Below, one piece after another: positions 1 to 10,208 of a DNA stretch of 64,000 bases. The first letter of the stretch is position 1. Every line of letters starts with the position of its first letter. The stretch is taken from the NCBI GenBank assembly GCA_965223265.1, contig OZ244999.1:7904001-7968000 (forward strand), given 5' to 3'. Origin of the DNA: Planctomycetota bacterium (GTDB lineage: Bacteria; Planctomycetota; UBA8108; SXIK01). The notes beneath the pieces were generated by a model that ran no database searches, was not told the DNA's origin, and saw only the letters and a list, made by a program, of their open reading frames with translations. Made by a program: the position numbers and the translations under genes.

Positions 1-2179
1 TCTTGCTCGACCAGCGAGTCTCGATGCGATAGCCCCGACGACGAACTTCCGCAGCGATCTCAAGCGCTGCCTCGTATCGCGACGGATCGAGACTGCGGTT
101 TTGGCGTCGGATCTCATCCTCGAACCGCTTTCCGAGAGTGAACTCGGCGGCGACTCGTAGCTCCGCCGGGATCTCGAACCCGGCGCTGTGCAGCATCTCA
201 AGTGTGCGATGATTCTCCTGATAGAGGTGCGCGTACTCCTCGGAAAAGCGTCGGATCAGATTCTCGAAAACGATTTTCGAAATCCTCGCCCGACCATCCG
301 GCAAGACATGCTCAAGCCCATACTCGTCGGGACCGAATTCCTGCTCAGTCATGCGCAGGATGCGCGGCAACGGATCTTTGTGGTAGGACGCCCACAGATC
401 GGTTTCGCCGCGGCGAAACCGATCCATTCCCGGGAAGGGCCTAACCGCACAATAGAAGTCTACTCCGCCGAAATGAATCGCCGCAAAAATCGCGTCCAGC
501 TGCTTCGTAGTTCGTCGCGCCTCGAGACAAACACGTCCTGTCGATAGCGTCAGCCGCCCCAAGCGCTGGCGGCGAGAGTCGCGAATCTCGTAGGAGTGGT
601 CGTAGATCTCACCGCGCTGAGCCGGCGCTTCTACGAGAGTTGAAAAAGCGATGTTCGCAACAATGCCTCGGCGGGTGACGCGCGACGGATTGACGAAACG
701 GCGAAAGATGTCCGCACCGTTGCCATACTCGGAGACGTTGCTCTCGGCGACCGAGAGGCGGTCGAGAAAGTCGTCGCGGATGGATTCTTTGCCGCTCTCG
801 TCCCACAGATCCAGGACGCGACCGGCATACTTCATCACCTGCAGCGTCTCGATCCCTGAAAGATCCGAGAAAAACCATCCACAACTCGTGTACATGAGGA
901 GAGCATGCCGCTGCATTTCAAGCAGCGTCAGCACTCGCGATTGATCCGCGGCACGCAGCCGCCGGCCGACGAACCGGCGCAGGAAGTCTTCTGGTGGTAC
1001 TGTCGCGTCGAGAAGGACGTCAACGTACGCATCTCGCACATCCCACGGGTTCTCAAACAGTTCCGATGCATCGGTGGCAAAAAGGTCGGCCGCCCGATCT
1101 CTCAGATGATCGAGGGCTTCGCGTAGCGGTCCGCGCCAGGCTTGATTCCACCCCATTTGTCCACCGGTGTTACAGCCACAATCGCGGCACCAGCGCCCGA
1201 CTCCGTGGGCGCAGCTCCAGGCGGTGCCTTCACCGTTCGGACCGGCTTTAATTTCGACTTCGTGTGTCGGCGGGTGATGCTCAAGGTACTCGCCATAGTT
1301 TGTGATCCAGAATCCGCGTGCAACCGCTTCATGCTCGAGCGCATAAGCGAGTGAGCGATCGCCAAAGTGAAAATGGTGCCCGTAGCTTTCTCCGTCCGTC
1401 GCGGTCTGCACGATGCGCCCCTCGCCGCCGTGCGACCGGCTGAGCAAATCCACAAGCGCCTGACTGCTGGAGAGCCCGCCTTCGAACGCAATGGCGCGGG
1501 CGATCGTGCCGTCGTAAAAGAAAACCGCGATCGAGCGCCCAGATCCGTCGCGATGCATGTACTTGTAGGCGATACCGGGGTCGATGCTGCCATCGCTGAC
1601 GTCACGCCAGTCGCTGCCGCCTCCCGAACGCACCCGCTCGGCTTGGTGCGGCGAAAGAATAACGTACTTCAGTCCCTCGTCGATGAGCGCCTCGATCGTA
1701 TCGTTGTCGCAAGCGGTTTCGGAAAGCCAGAGGGACTCCGGCTCACGCTTGAAGCGCCAACGAAAATCCGCCATGCCCCAGCGGATTTGGGTGCGCCGGT
1801 CTCGCTCGTTAGCAAGCGGCAGGATCATGTGGTTGTACGCTTGAGCAATCGCGTTGCCATGACCACCATGCCGTTTGCAGCTCTGCCGATCCGCCTCAAG
1901 AATGCGCCTGTAGACGCGGGGATGAGTCTCCTCAATCCAGGAGAGGAGCGTCGGTCCGAAGTTAAAACTGATGTTCGTGTAGTTGTTGACGATGCCCGAG
2001 ACGCGGCCGTAGCCATCAACGATGCGCGCGTAGGCATTCGCTCGGTAGCACTCGCTGTAGATCCGTTCGTTCCAGTTGTGAAACGGCGCCGCACTTTCTT
2101 CCCTCTCCACAAGTCCGGTCCAGGGATTCTCACGCGGCGGCTGATAGAAATGACCGTGAATCACAAGTGCTGTTGTCAT
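1..2179 (-). CDS. Glycoside hydrolase family 57 / DUF3536 protein (3' end runs off the window)
   Basis: Not in the ORF track because it has no stop in the window. Manual minus-strand translation from ATG 2179 gives MTTALVIHGHFYQPPRENPW...TNYGEYL...TAWSCAHGVGRWCRDCGC...WNQAWRGPLREALD...MYTSCGWFFSDLSGIETLQVMKYA, hallmark motifs of GH57-DUF3536 proteins; frame checked at 1318 and at the window edge. Confidence 0.9.
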   Translation of the reverse strand, partial: MTTALVIHGHFYQPPRENPWTGLVEREESAAPFHNWNERIYSECYRANAYARIVDGYGRVSGIVNNYTNISFNFGPTLLSWIEETHPRVYRRILEADRQSCKRHGGHGNAIAQAYNHMILPLANERDRRTQIRWGMADFRWRFKREPESLWLSETACDNDTIEALIDEGLKYVILSPHQAERVRSGGGSDWRDVSDGSIDPGIAYKYMHRDGSGRSIAVFFYDGTIARAIAFEGGLSSSQALVDLLSRSHGGEGRIVQTATDGESYGHHFHFGDRSLAYALEHEAVARGFWITNYGEYLEHHPPTHEVEIKAGPNGEGTAWSCAHGVGRWCRDCGCNTGGQMGWNQAWRGPLREALDHLRDRAADLFATDASELFENPWDVRDAYVDVLLDATVPPEDFLRRFVGRRLRAADQSRVLTLLEMQRHALLMYTSCGWFFSDLSGIETLQVMKYAGRVLDLWDESGKESIRDDFLDRLSVAESNVSEYGNGADIFRRFVNPSRVTRRGIVANIAFSTLVEAPAQRGEIYDHSYEIRDSRRQRLGRLTLSTGRVCLEARRTTKQLDAIFAAIHFGGVDFYCAVRPFPGMDRFRRGETDLWASYHKDPLPRILRMTEQEFGPDEYGLEHVLPDGRARISKIVFENLIRRFSEEYAHLYQENHRTLEMLHSAGFEIPAELRVAAEFTLGKRFEDEIRRQNRSLDPSRYEAALEIAAEVRRRGYRIETRWSSK

Positions 2180-2336
2180 GGCGGAGGCTGCGCATGGGGT
2201 TTCGCCGACGGGCGGCTGATGAGTCGACAAGGTCGACGGCGATGGGTCGTGCCTGACTCGCGGCTGGACTCGTGGACCTCAGATTGAACGATTCCACTGA
2301 CCCAACCACTCCTGATAACGTCGGCACATGGAGCTT

Positions 2337-4010
2337 TCATTCTGAGTCGAGGCCGATAAGACGAAGAAGTCCGCGAAGCGGCACGTGGATCCAGTACGGC
2401 CGGTGGTCGAGCTCGTATCCTACTTCGTAGAGAACCTTCTCCAGTTGAAACGCCTCAAGCCACGCGGTCGACGCGGCGGCATCCGCAGGCAAAAGGTTCG
2501 TCCCTTCAAGCTGCTCGCGGTGCGTCGACACGAAACGGCAGCACACCGCGCGCTCCCAATCGCTCGCGAGCGACGCCAGCTCGGGTCGTTGATGACTGGC
2601 GACGGCCGCGGCGTAGGAAAACGACCGCAGCATGCCCGCAAGGTCGCGAAACACCAGCGAGCGACGTCGCCGCTCCGCGGCGCTTCGGTTCGGTTCGCCC
2701 TCGAAATCGAGCACCCAGACTCGCTCGTCGCGCCAGAGAACTTGGCCGAGGTGGAAGTCGCCATGGCAGCGGATCGCCATGATCGGCTCGAAGCCGAGCG
2801 GATCGATGGCAGCCAGCTCAGAGAGTGGCCGCCGCAGCCGCTCTTCCTCACCAAGGAGGCGCTGGATCAATTCACGCGCCGGCGGCGCCGCGGTGCGCTC
2901 CACGCCTCGCAGCCGCTCGACCAGCGCCGCGATCTGCGCGTCAAGCTCTTCGATCATGCGGGTGCGGTCCGAAGCAGCCAGCTGCTGCGGACGCATCTCC
3001 GGGCTGGTCGCGCGTCCAAACGCTAGATGAAACGCCGCGGTCGAGATCGCGAGCTGGTCGACGAAACGCGGGGACTGTGGCATGAGCGCGCTGCTCATCG
3101 GCGGAACATGACTCGCCACGGCGCGCGTCGGGGCGTCGTCGCGATCGCTCGCGTCATCTGCTGCAGAGTCCAGAAAACTGCTGAGGTTTCGCTGCGTCAG
3201 AGCCCAGCCATCCTCAGCACCCTCGATGTATTGCGAGATGACCGCCAACGTCGAACAGCTGCCATCGCTCGCTGTGAACTCGAGCGTGCGGTGGAGGCGT
3301 GGTACACAGGCGACACCCGTCGACGAGAGATAGTTCGTCAGCTCAACCTCTGGGTGAACTCCGGCGGTCAACCGCCGGTAAATCTTGAGCAAGCGATCAC
3401 TCCCAATCCGAACAAGAGAATTGCTCGAATCCACGTCTTGAGGCATCAACCGTTCGACACTTTCGTCGCTGTCGCCCGACGTCGCGCCACCACAGGCGCG
3501 CCAACGAAGCTCGCCGTCTGCTGTCTTGATCGGCTCGTCGCAGCGAGTCGCGACGAGCGCCGCCAGCCCTTGCTCTGCTACTGCGTCCAGGAGCAGCGCC
3601 GCATGACTACCGAGTTCCACCGTGCCGACGATCAACGCCGAGCGATCCCCGATCGAGTCAGCATGTTCGATCGCAGCGCCGTCACCTGCGCGCCCGCCGG
3701 CGGGAAGCACTGGACTCAACGACAGAGGAACGAAATAGCGCACTTCCTCCCCGCCTGCTGCAACGACTCGACAAACCGAAACGAACAATGCTCCTCCTGT
3801 CCGCCGTTCGACACGGTGCCAAACCTCGACAGTGACGTCGAGTGAATCGGCATCGCTATCGAGGAACCACCTCTTCCCGCATAGAAAGTGAGGCAAAGCA
3901 TGCCGCTCGAGCCATCGACGCACGGACTCGTCGAGACGGTCGAGACTCGCTTCTGAGGTGGAGAGAGGTGGGCTATCTCCCGACGGCACGTCCGCGTCGT
4001 TCGAGTTCAT
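2337..4010 (-). CDS. Maltokinase (Mak/Pep2-type) phosphotransferase
   Basis: KRWF N-terminal motif, SSNSLV..LLKIYRRL..G.HPEVE, RCHGDFHLGQVL, LDFEGEP, RDLAGMLRSFSYAA, LEK.LYE..YEL..RP.W. Start moved to ATG 4010, just after the lhgO stop. Confidence 0.85.
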   Translation of the reverse strand: MNSNDADVPSGDSPPLSTSEASLDRLDESVRRWLERHALPHFLCGKRWFLDSDADSLDVTVEVWHRVERRTGGALFVSVCRVVAAGGEEVRYFVPLSLSPVLPAGGRAGDGAAIEHADSIGDRSALIVGTVELGSHAALLLDAVAEQGLAALVATRCDEPIKTADGELRWRACGGATSGDSDESVERLMPQDVDSSNSLVRIGSDRLLKIYRRLTAGVHPEVELTNYLSSTGVACVPRLHRTLEFTASDGSCSTLAVISQYIEGAEDGWALTQRNLSSFLDSAADDASDRDDAPTRAVASHVPPMSSALMPQSPRFVDQLAISTAAFHLAFGRATSPEMRPQQLAASDRTRMIEELDAQIAALVERLRGVERTAAPPARELIQRLLGEEERLRRPLSELAAIDPLGFEPIMAIRCHGDFHLGQVLWRDERVWVLDFEGEPNRSAAERRRRSLVFRDLAGMLRSFSYAAAVASHQRPELASLASDWERAVCCRFVSTHREQLEGTNLLPADAAASTAWLEAFQLEKVLYEVGYELDHRPYWIHVPLRGLLRLIGLDSE

Positions 4011-4029
4011 TTCGCTGTCCGCAAAGCCT

Positions 4030-5292
4030 TCAACTGAGCCACTCCTCCCCCGATCCCGCGACAGCTGCACCAAGCTCGAACGCCGAGGCTGCTTGGTGGA
4101 CGATTTCGATCGCGATGCTGAGCGACGCGGTTGCCGCCGGGGACGGCGCGTTGCACACATGCAGGAATCGCGGCCGCGCCACGATAACGAAGTCATCGAC
4201 CATTTCGCCACTGGGACGGATTGCTTGGGCCCGCACGCCCGAGCCGCCGGGGACGAGATCGTCGACTTGAATCTCCGGGATCAAACGAGCGAGCGCGGCG
4301 ACGAACGCCCGCTTGCTGAATGACCTCGCCAGCTCTCCCATCCCGGTGCGCCAGTATTTCAGCGCCATACGCCAAAACCCGCCGTACCCAAGCGTCTCGA
4401 ACATGTCACCGAGACGAATCTGCGACTTTCGGTACCCCTCGCGTGCAAGAGCGAGCACCGCATTCGGTCCAGCTTCGACGCCGCCGTGCACCAGGCGGGT
4501 GAAGTGAACACCCAGAAAAGGGAAGCGTGGATCTGGAACGGGGTAGATCAACGCGCGGACGAGATCGTGGCGATGCGCTGCCAGTTCGTAGTATTCGCCA
4601 CGGAACGGGACGATCTTCATCTCAGGGGCGGCGCCTTCGAGCCGAGCGACGCGATCTGAGTGCAGCCCGGCGCAGTTGACGACGAAACGCGCTCTCAAGG
4701 GATCGCGATTCGTTTCGAGAACGACTCCGTCCGCTTCATGACGCACTCTACTCACCTTGGTCTCGAGGCGCACTTGACCGCCGCAGCCGCGGAACAGCTC
4801 ACCGAACCGCTCGGCGACGCGGCAGTAGTCGATGATCCCAGCGCTCGGCACGTGGAGAGCCTGCACCCCCGCAACGTGCGGCTCGATCTCCCGCAGTCGT
4901 TCGGGGCCGATCAATGACACACCTGGAACGCCGTTCGCTTTGCCGCGTCGGTGCAGCTCTTCGAGGCGCGGCAACTCCGATGCGTCGACGGCGACCACAA
5001 CCTTGCCACAAACTTCGAAGGCAATCTCATGACGGCGACAAAACTCCTTCATGAGCTCCGCGCCAGTGACGCAGTTGTGAGCCTTACGTGATCCAGGCTT
5101 GTAGTAGAGGCCAGAGTGAATGACGCCGCTATTGTGTCCCGTCTGGTGCTGCGCTAGCCCGGACTCCTTCTCGAGCACGACGAGACGCAAGTCGGGATAG
5201 CACCTACTCAGTCGGTACGCAGTCGCGAGTCCGACGATACCGCCGCCGACGACGGCGATGTCAGCGTGATGTTCCGGTGGTGCCGCGCTCAT
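4030..5292 (-). CDS. lhgO: L-2-hydroxyglutarate oxidase
   Basis: FAD motif VGGGIVG, HQTGHNSGVIHSGLYYKPGS, IVPFRGEY, YPVPDPRFPFLGVHFT, GVRAQA, NAPSPAATASL. Start trimmed to ATG 5292. Confidence 0.9.
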   Translation of the reverse strand: MSAAPPEHHADIAVVGGGIVGLATAYRLSRCYPDLRLVVLEKESGLAQHQTGHNSGVIHSGLYYKPGSRKAHNCVTGAELMKEFCRRHEIAFEVCGKVVVAVDASELPRLEELHRRGKANGVPGVSLIGPERLREIEPHVAGVQALHVPSAGIIDYCRVAERFGELFRGCGGQVRLETKVSRVRHEADGVVLETNRDPLRARFVVNCAGLHSDRVARLEGAAPEMKIVPFRGEYYELAAHRHDLVRALIYPVPDPRFPFLGVHFTRLVHGGVEAGPNAVLALAREGYRKSQIRLGDMFETLGYGGFWRMALKYWRTGMGELARSFSKRAFVAALARLIPEIQVDDLVPGGSGVRAQAIRPSGEMVDDFVIVARPRFLHVCNAPSPAATASLSIAIEIVHQAASAFELGAAVAGSGEEWLS

Positions 5293-5366
5293 GAGTCCGC
5301 GTATCATAGATCCATTGGGTCTCCCTCCACAGCTTTTTCCACCGCTAGTAGTGCAGGTGTTTTGCA

Positions 5367-7214
5367 ATGCGCCGATCGACGCCGACACGCCTTTCCCGAC
5401 GCCACTTTCTCGTTAACTCAGCACTCGGTGTCGGAGGTGCAGCCGTTGCACTGCCAGCAATGGGTGCGCCGGTCCCGGATGGCCCGCCACCGTCTTCGCG
5501 GCGCGGGGATGTCGTCAACGTGGCTGCGATCACGACGGAGTACAGGCCGTGGTCCCACGCCGACGTGATCATCGGCCGCTTCATCCAGGGGTATAGCTTG
5601 GACGTCGAACCAAGCTGGACGCCTGTCAAGGTCCGCGCGCTCTACGTCGAGCAGTTTCCCGAAACGGATCTCAGCCGTGCCATCTGCAAGGCTTATGGAG
5701 TGCCGATCGTGCGTTCAATTCGTGAAGCGATTCTCGATGCGCGCGGCGGGTTGGCCGTCGACGGCGTGCTGCTGATCGGCGAACACGGACGCTATCCGTA
5801 CAACGACCGCGGCCAGCATCTCTACCCGCGGCGGCGGTTCTTCGACGAAACCGTGGCGGCGTTCAAAGAAGCAGGCGCGGTCGTTCCTGTCTTCAACGAC
5901 AAGCATCTGGCGCCGCTGTGGGAAGACTCGAAACACATGTACGAGACGGCGAAGGCGATGGAGATTCCTTTCATGGCCGGTTCGTCTTTGCCGCTTGCGT
6001 GGCGGCGGCCGTGGGTTGAGATTCCCCTGGGGTCTGAGATCGAAGAAGCGGTTGGCGTTGGTTATGGCGGCATCGAAGCGTACGGATTCCACGCCCTCGA
6101 AACGATGCAGTGCATGCTCGAGCGGCGTGCCAACGGCGAGAGCGGCGTGCGTGCCGTTCAGTGTCTGGAGGGTGAAGAAGTGTGGAAGGCGATGGACGCC
6201 GGGCGGTTTTCGCGCGAGCTCCTCGAATCGGCACTTTCAAGACACTCACCGCCACTCACACGCAACTACCGCCAGGCGGACCGGACGGCAGCGTTTTTCA
6301 TCGAATACGTCGATGGACTTCGTGCTACATGCGTCATGCTGCCGAGTCTAGCGTCGAACTTCCTCTTCTCGGCGCGGCTGAAAGGCTACCGTGAACCGGT
6401 GTCAACACTCGCTTGGCTGCAGGAGCCTCGGTTCGGACACTTCTCGTACTTGTCGAACGCGATCATCCGCATGTTCATGACGGGAAAGCCCTCCTACCCC
6501 GCCGAGCGCACCGTGATCACCTCGGGGGTCATCGCGCGCGCGATGGATTCTCGAGCCGAGAACCACCGACGCATCGAGACTCCCGATCTCGCCATCAGCT
6601 ACGAGCCGATCGACAACGAAATGGGCGCCTATCGCCACCCTGACGCTGCGAATGATCGCCACGGCGGTTGGATCGAGCTCTTCAACGGCGAGAACCTCGA
6701 CGGCTGGTTAGTGCGCGACTACAAGCACAAGCCGCGCTGGGAGGTGAAGGATGGCATTCTCACCGGAAGCGGCGGACAGGGCTACATTGCGACCATGGAG
6801 GAGTTCTCCGACTTTGAACTCTTCGCCGAGGTGAACATCTCTGACACCGCCGGCGGACGAGGTAACAGCGGCATCTACTTTCGCTGCCAGTTTCACGACG
6901 ACCTAACGGTTGAGTACCCGCGTGGCTACGAGGCTCAGTGCGACCACGGCGATGCCGCGAACCCGACCGGCAGCATCTACAACCTCGGCCGCCGGGGTGC
7001 ACGCGCCGATCTGCCGAAGGTCGCGGACGGCGAATGGTTCACGCTACGCATCAAGGCCGAAGGCAAGCGGATCCGCACTTGGGTCAACGGTGCGGCGGCC
7101 GTCGACTGCATGGACGACGCGCATCGATACCGGAGCGGCTACATTCTGCTGCAGCAGCACCATCGAAGTGGTCTCGTTCGTGTCCGCGAACTACGCATCC
7201 GCCGGTTGGGCTAA
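5367..7214 (+). CDS. Tat-exported protein: oxidoreductase-like (Gfo/Idh/MocA-like) N-terminal part fused to a C-terminal DUF1080 (3-keto-disaccharide hydrolase) domain
   Basis: Twin-arginine signal LSRRHFL; AVDGVLLIGEHG, VFNDKHL, MAGSSLP, YGFHALE; C-terminus LFNGENLDGW...NSGIYF...GYEAQ...TGSIY...GYILLQQH is typical of DUF1080. Confidence 0.7.
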   Translation: MRRSTPTRLSRRHFLVNSALGVGGAAVALPAMGAPVPDGPPPSSRRGDVVNVAAITTEYRPWSHADVIIGRFIQGYSLDVEPSWTPVKVRALYVEQFPETDLSRAICKAYGVPIVRSIREAILDARGGLAVDGVLLIGEHGRYPYNDRGQHLYPRRRFFDETVAAFKEAGAVVPVFNDKHLAPLWEDSKHMYETAKAMEIPFMAGSSLPLAWRRPWVEIPLGSEIEEAVGVGYGGIEAYGFHALETMQCMLERRANGESGVRAVQCLEGEEVWKAMDAGRFSRELLESALSRHSPPLTRNYRQADRTAAFFIEYVDGLRATCVMLPSLASNFLFSARLKGYREPVSTLAWLQEPRFGHFSYLSNAIIRMFMTGKPSYPAERTVITSGVIARAMDSRAENHRRIETPDLAISYEPIDNEMGAYRHPDAANDRHGGWIELFNGENLDGWLVRDYKHKPRWEVKDGILTGSGGQGYIATMEEFSDFELFAEVNISDTAGGRGNSGIYFRCQFHDDLTVEYPRGYEAQCDHGDAANPTGSIYNLGRRGARADLPKVADGEWFTLRIKAEGKRIRTWVNGAAAVDCMDDAHRYRSGYILLQQHHRSGLVRVRELRIRRLG

Positions 7215-7298
7215 CGGGCCCGGCCCAGACAAACAGCAGCGCCGCCGCGGGAAAGCAGCCAAGCCCATATCTGCTTGGCGCCGCTTGTCGCGCGACGT

Positions 7299-8915
7299 CT
7301 ACATGGATCGCGTCTTCATCTCCGCAGGCATCTCCAGCTCCTGCTCGTACGTTCGCCCGCGGATCGGCGCCTCGCGATGAGCGCACGCCTTGTCGTATAG
7401 GAGGTTTCCCCACGGCGTCGGATACTTACCGGTCAGGCAACCAAGGCAAAGCTGGTTCTCGCCCGCCCCCATGGCATGGACGAGCTGGCGCACAGTTAAG
7501 TAGCGCAGGCTGTCGGTGCCGAGTTCACGCGAGAGAGTCTTCAATTCCTGAGGACTCAAATCGTCACCGCCAGTGCGGCCAAGAAAACGCGGCGCGAATA
7601 GCTCGCTGACCGTCGACATGTCGATACCGTAACTGCACGGCGCCATGATCGGGGGACAAGCGACGCGCACGTGCACCTCGCGGGCGCGACCCTGCTCACG
7701 AAGCATCCGCACGATCACCCGCAGCGTCGTCGAACGAACGATACTGTCCTCGACAAGAAAGACCCGCTTACCGGCCAAAACTTCAGGCAAAGCCGAGAAC
7801 TTCCGCATGACTCGCTCGGTCCGATTGCGACCTTCGATGAAAGTACGTCCGACGTATCGGTTTCTGATCAACCCCTCACGCGAAGGAATCCCAAGTCGGT
7901 ACGCCATGGCGTCGCATGCGGCTTTGGCGGTGTCGGGGACAGGCACGGCAACGCAATCTTCGGGATCGGTGTCGCGATCCTCGGAAGCAGCAAGTGCCTC
8001 GCCGAGTTGCGTTCGCGTCAAGTAGACCGCTCGACCGTTGATGTTTGACGCCACGTTCGAGAAGTAGACGTGCTCGAAGAAACAAAAAGCGCGGCGCGGT
8101 GCCTCTGCGAAGGTCGCGGTCCGTACGCCCTCGGCGGTGACGTGGACGAGAGTGCCAGGCTCGACCTCACGAACGTCCGAAAAGCCGCGGTTCTGAAGCG
8201 CGACGCTTTCCGATGCCGCCGCGAAAAGGTTTCCCTTGATGGCGTAGCAGAGCGGTCGAAAGCCGTAGGGATCGCGAGCCACGACCAAGTCGCCGTCGCC
8301 GTTCAAGAAGACGAGGCTGTAGGCACCGTCGATATGGTAGGCGATCTGTTGCAGCACCTGCACTACGTCCGGCTTCTGCGGTCGTTCGAGCGCGTAACAG
8401 ATGTGGTGCTGGAGGATCTCTGTGTCGCTCTCGCGCACGAGGTGATAGCCCTTCTCGACAAGCTCGCTTCGCAGCTGCGAGTAGTTGGCGACGTTGCCAT
8501 TGAAACCGAATGCGAACCACTTCCACTTGCGTCCATGCGAGACTTCGAACGGCTGAGCGTAGGATGGGTCATCGCGGCCGCAAGTGGCGTACCGCACATG
8601 GCCGATCCCCGCTCGTCCCGAATACTCGCTGAGGATCGACTCGAATTTCGCCGGGTCCGGGAGTGTCAGATGAAAAACGTCGCTGACGCTGCCGACCTGT
8701 TTGTACGTATCGATGACCTGCGCCGCATGCTCATTGTAGCGGGTGATCCCCGCCGCGAGTTGACCCCGATTCTGCAGGTCGATGAGCATGTCAGGAAGGA
8801 GGCGCACGACGTTGACACCGGCCTCCACGAACTCTCCCGGCTCGGCGTCGTCGGGGACGTGATCCATACGGTAAACCGCGGCAACGCCGCACTCATCGTG
8901 AATCGGATCAAGCAC
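7299..8915 (-). CDS. purF: Amidophosphoribosyltransferase (propeptide/Fe-S type)
   Basis: Short propeptide then ECGV (N-terminal nucleophile Cys), QNRGQ, GHVRYAT, CFFEHVYF, PVPDT, EDSIVR, ACPP and LCLGC cysteines. Confidence 0.95.
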   Translation of the reverse strand: MLDPIHDECGVAAVYRMDHVPDDAEPGEFVEAGVNVVRLLPDMLIDLQNRGQLAAGITRYNEHAAQVIDTYKQVGSVSDVFHLTLPDPAKFESILSEYSGRAGIGHVRYATCGRDDPSYAQPFEVSHGRKWKWFAFGFNGNVANYSQLRSELVEKGYHLVRESDTEILQHHICYALERPQKPDVVQVLQQIAYHIDGAYSLVFLNGDGDLVVARDPYGFRPLCYAIKGNLFAAASESVALQNRGFSDVREVEPGTLVHVTAEGVRTATFAEAPRRAFCFFEHVYFSNVASNINGRAVYLTRTQLGEALAASEDRDTDPEDCVAVPVPDTAKAACDAMAYRLGIPSREGLIRNRYVGRTFIEGRNRTERVMRKFSALPEVLAGKRVFLVEDSIVRSTTLRVIVRMLREQGRAREVHVRVACPPIMAPCSYGIDMSTVSELFAPRFLGRTGGDDLSPQELKTLSRELGTDSLRYLTVRQLVHAMGAGENQLCLGCLTGKYPTPWGNLLYDKACAHREAPIRGRTYEQELEMPAEMKTRSM

Positions 8916-8998
8916 TGCTCACCCTTTTCGTTGCTGCTCAAGGCGTTGAGGCCCGTCGCGATCGCCGCGAGGAGGCCGGGTGGAGAACCGGGGTGCTG

Positions 8999-9027
8999 AA
9001 TGTACCGCGTAAAGAGACCGCCGACAA
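8999..9027 (-). promoter_or_regulatory. Putative sigma70 promoter for purF
   Basis: Minus strand TTGTCG-N17-TACATT, about 85 nt upstream of the purF start. Confidence 0.5.
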
Positions 9028-9273
9028 GGCACGAAACCCTTCTTGGACCCGAGCGCCTGAAAAAAATGGTCTCCGTCCCAAACGCTGCAATCAAACGGCA
9101 AGTCAGAGCCACGATGGCGTCAATGCCGGTGTTTCGGGACGCCGCCGCGGGCGGCTCTCACGTCTCTCGTGGCGTGCCACTGGCCGCGCCGAGCGCGCTT
9201 CGGCGCTTCACGGTCGTTTTCTGCGGGCGCGGGGTCAGTGCGTGTTCGGTATCCGATAGCCGCCGAGTCGGCT

Positions 9274-10080
9274 TCACGAGCGGTTCGAGGACGCCGCGAA
9301 CGTGCTGCGCGTCAACTCTTCGCGATAATCGTCGACCCACGTTTGCAACCGCTTGCCAGGACAATCTGTCGTCCCGAGCCCATGTAGTGCACGAATCTCC
9401 CGGTGTGTGTAGACCTCGCCCGGCGCGATCGAAAAGCGTTCCCGCAGACGGTCTAGGCATCGCTTGAGCGCCAATGTCTGGGCGGAGGTGAGTCGCTGTC
9501 GGTCGAAGTTTCCGAGCGCCAGTACGCCCACATTGCCGACATTCGCGCCACCGGGTCCGGCGTGGGCGCCGACAAGGTCGAGTGACCGTCCCTGCCACAC
9601 GCGCCCGGCGCGGTCGACGATCAGATGGTAGCCAATGTCGACCCACCGTCGTTTCTGTTGGTGATTCTGTTGAATGCCTCGGATCAGCCGCGCGGTGGCC
9701 TCCCGCTCGTCCGACGAGACGTCCCGGTCGCCGACGTGGTGCACGGTGACGCGACGTGGGGAGGTTAACGGCTCGGTGGCGTCGCTCACCGGCTTCGCCT
9801 TCCAGTCCTCGCGTGACAAATCGAAAAACGGTGAGCTCGAACGCGAAATCCTCACGGCGCGATGATCGTCCCCGCTCGGCGCTGAGGTTTCGCCTAGATC
9901 CGCCGTCACGGCGCGCCGTTCGCGCCCGCGCCAAAACACAAAGTAACCAGAAGATGCCGCGATGGTGAGAGCCAACGTCAGCCACGCACCGAGGGAGGGT
10001 GCGCGAGCGTTTGGCGGACCGACTCGGACGCCATCGGTCGGCTCAGCTTCGCGCTCGATTTTCTCTTCGTCTTGATTCAC
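9274..10080 (-). CDS. Membrane-anchored N-acetylmuramoyl-L-alanine amidase (Amidase_2/PGRP-like)
   Basis: One N-terminal TM helix; VTVHH, WVDIGYHLIVDRAGRVWQGR, GAHA, YTHRE, TDCPG (His/His/Cys Zn ligands). Confidence 0.85.
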   Translation of the reverse strand: MNQDEEKIEREAEPTDGVRVGPPNARAPSLGAWLTLALTIAASSGYFVFWRGRERRAVTADLGETSAPSGDDHRAVRISRSSSPFFDLSREDWKAKPVSDATEPLTSPRRVTVHHVGDRDVSSDEREATARLIRGIQQNHQQKRRWVDIGYHLIVDRAGRVWQGRSLDLVGAHAGPGGANVGNVGVLALGNFDRQRLTSAQTLALKRCLDRLRERFSIAPGEVYTHREIRALHGLGTTDCPGKRLQTWVDDYREELTRSTFAASSNRS

Positions 10081-10208
10081 GTTCGCTTCCCCTCAAACAG
10101 CCGCCGGCACGAATCCTCCCGCGGCGCCATCACTCTATCGAGCGGCCGAAGAAAAACAACACGGCGGCGACCGATGCTCTGCTGACGTTCGTAACGAAAA
10201 CGTGCGGG

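Noticed and set aside
1367-2287. 306-aa plus-strand ORF (also 188-547)
   Set aside because: Antisense shadow of the GH57/DUF3536 gene; no motifs of its own.
8916-9270. Purine/ZTP/PRPP riboswitch upstream of purF
   Set aside because: No recognisable aptamer core; the predicted leader is short.
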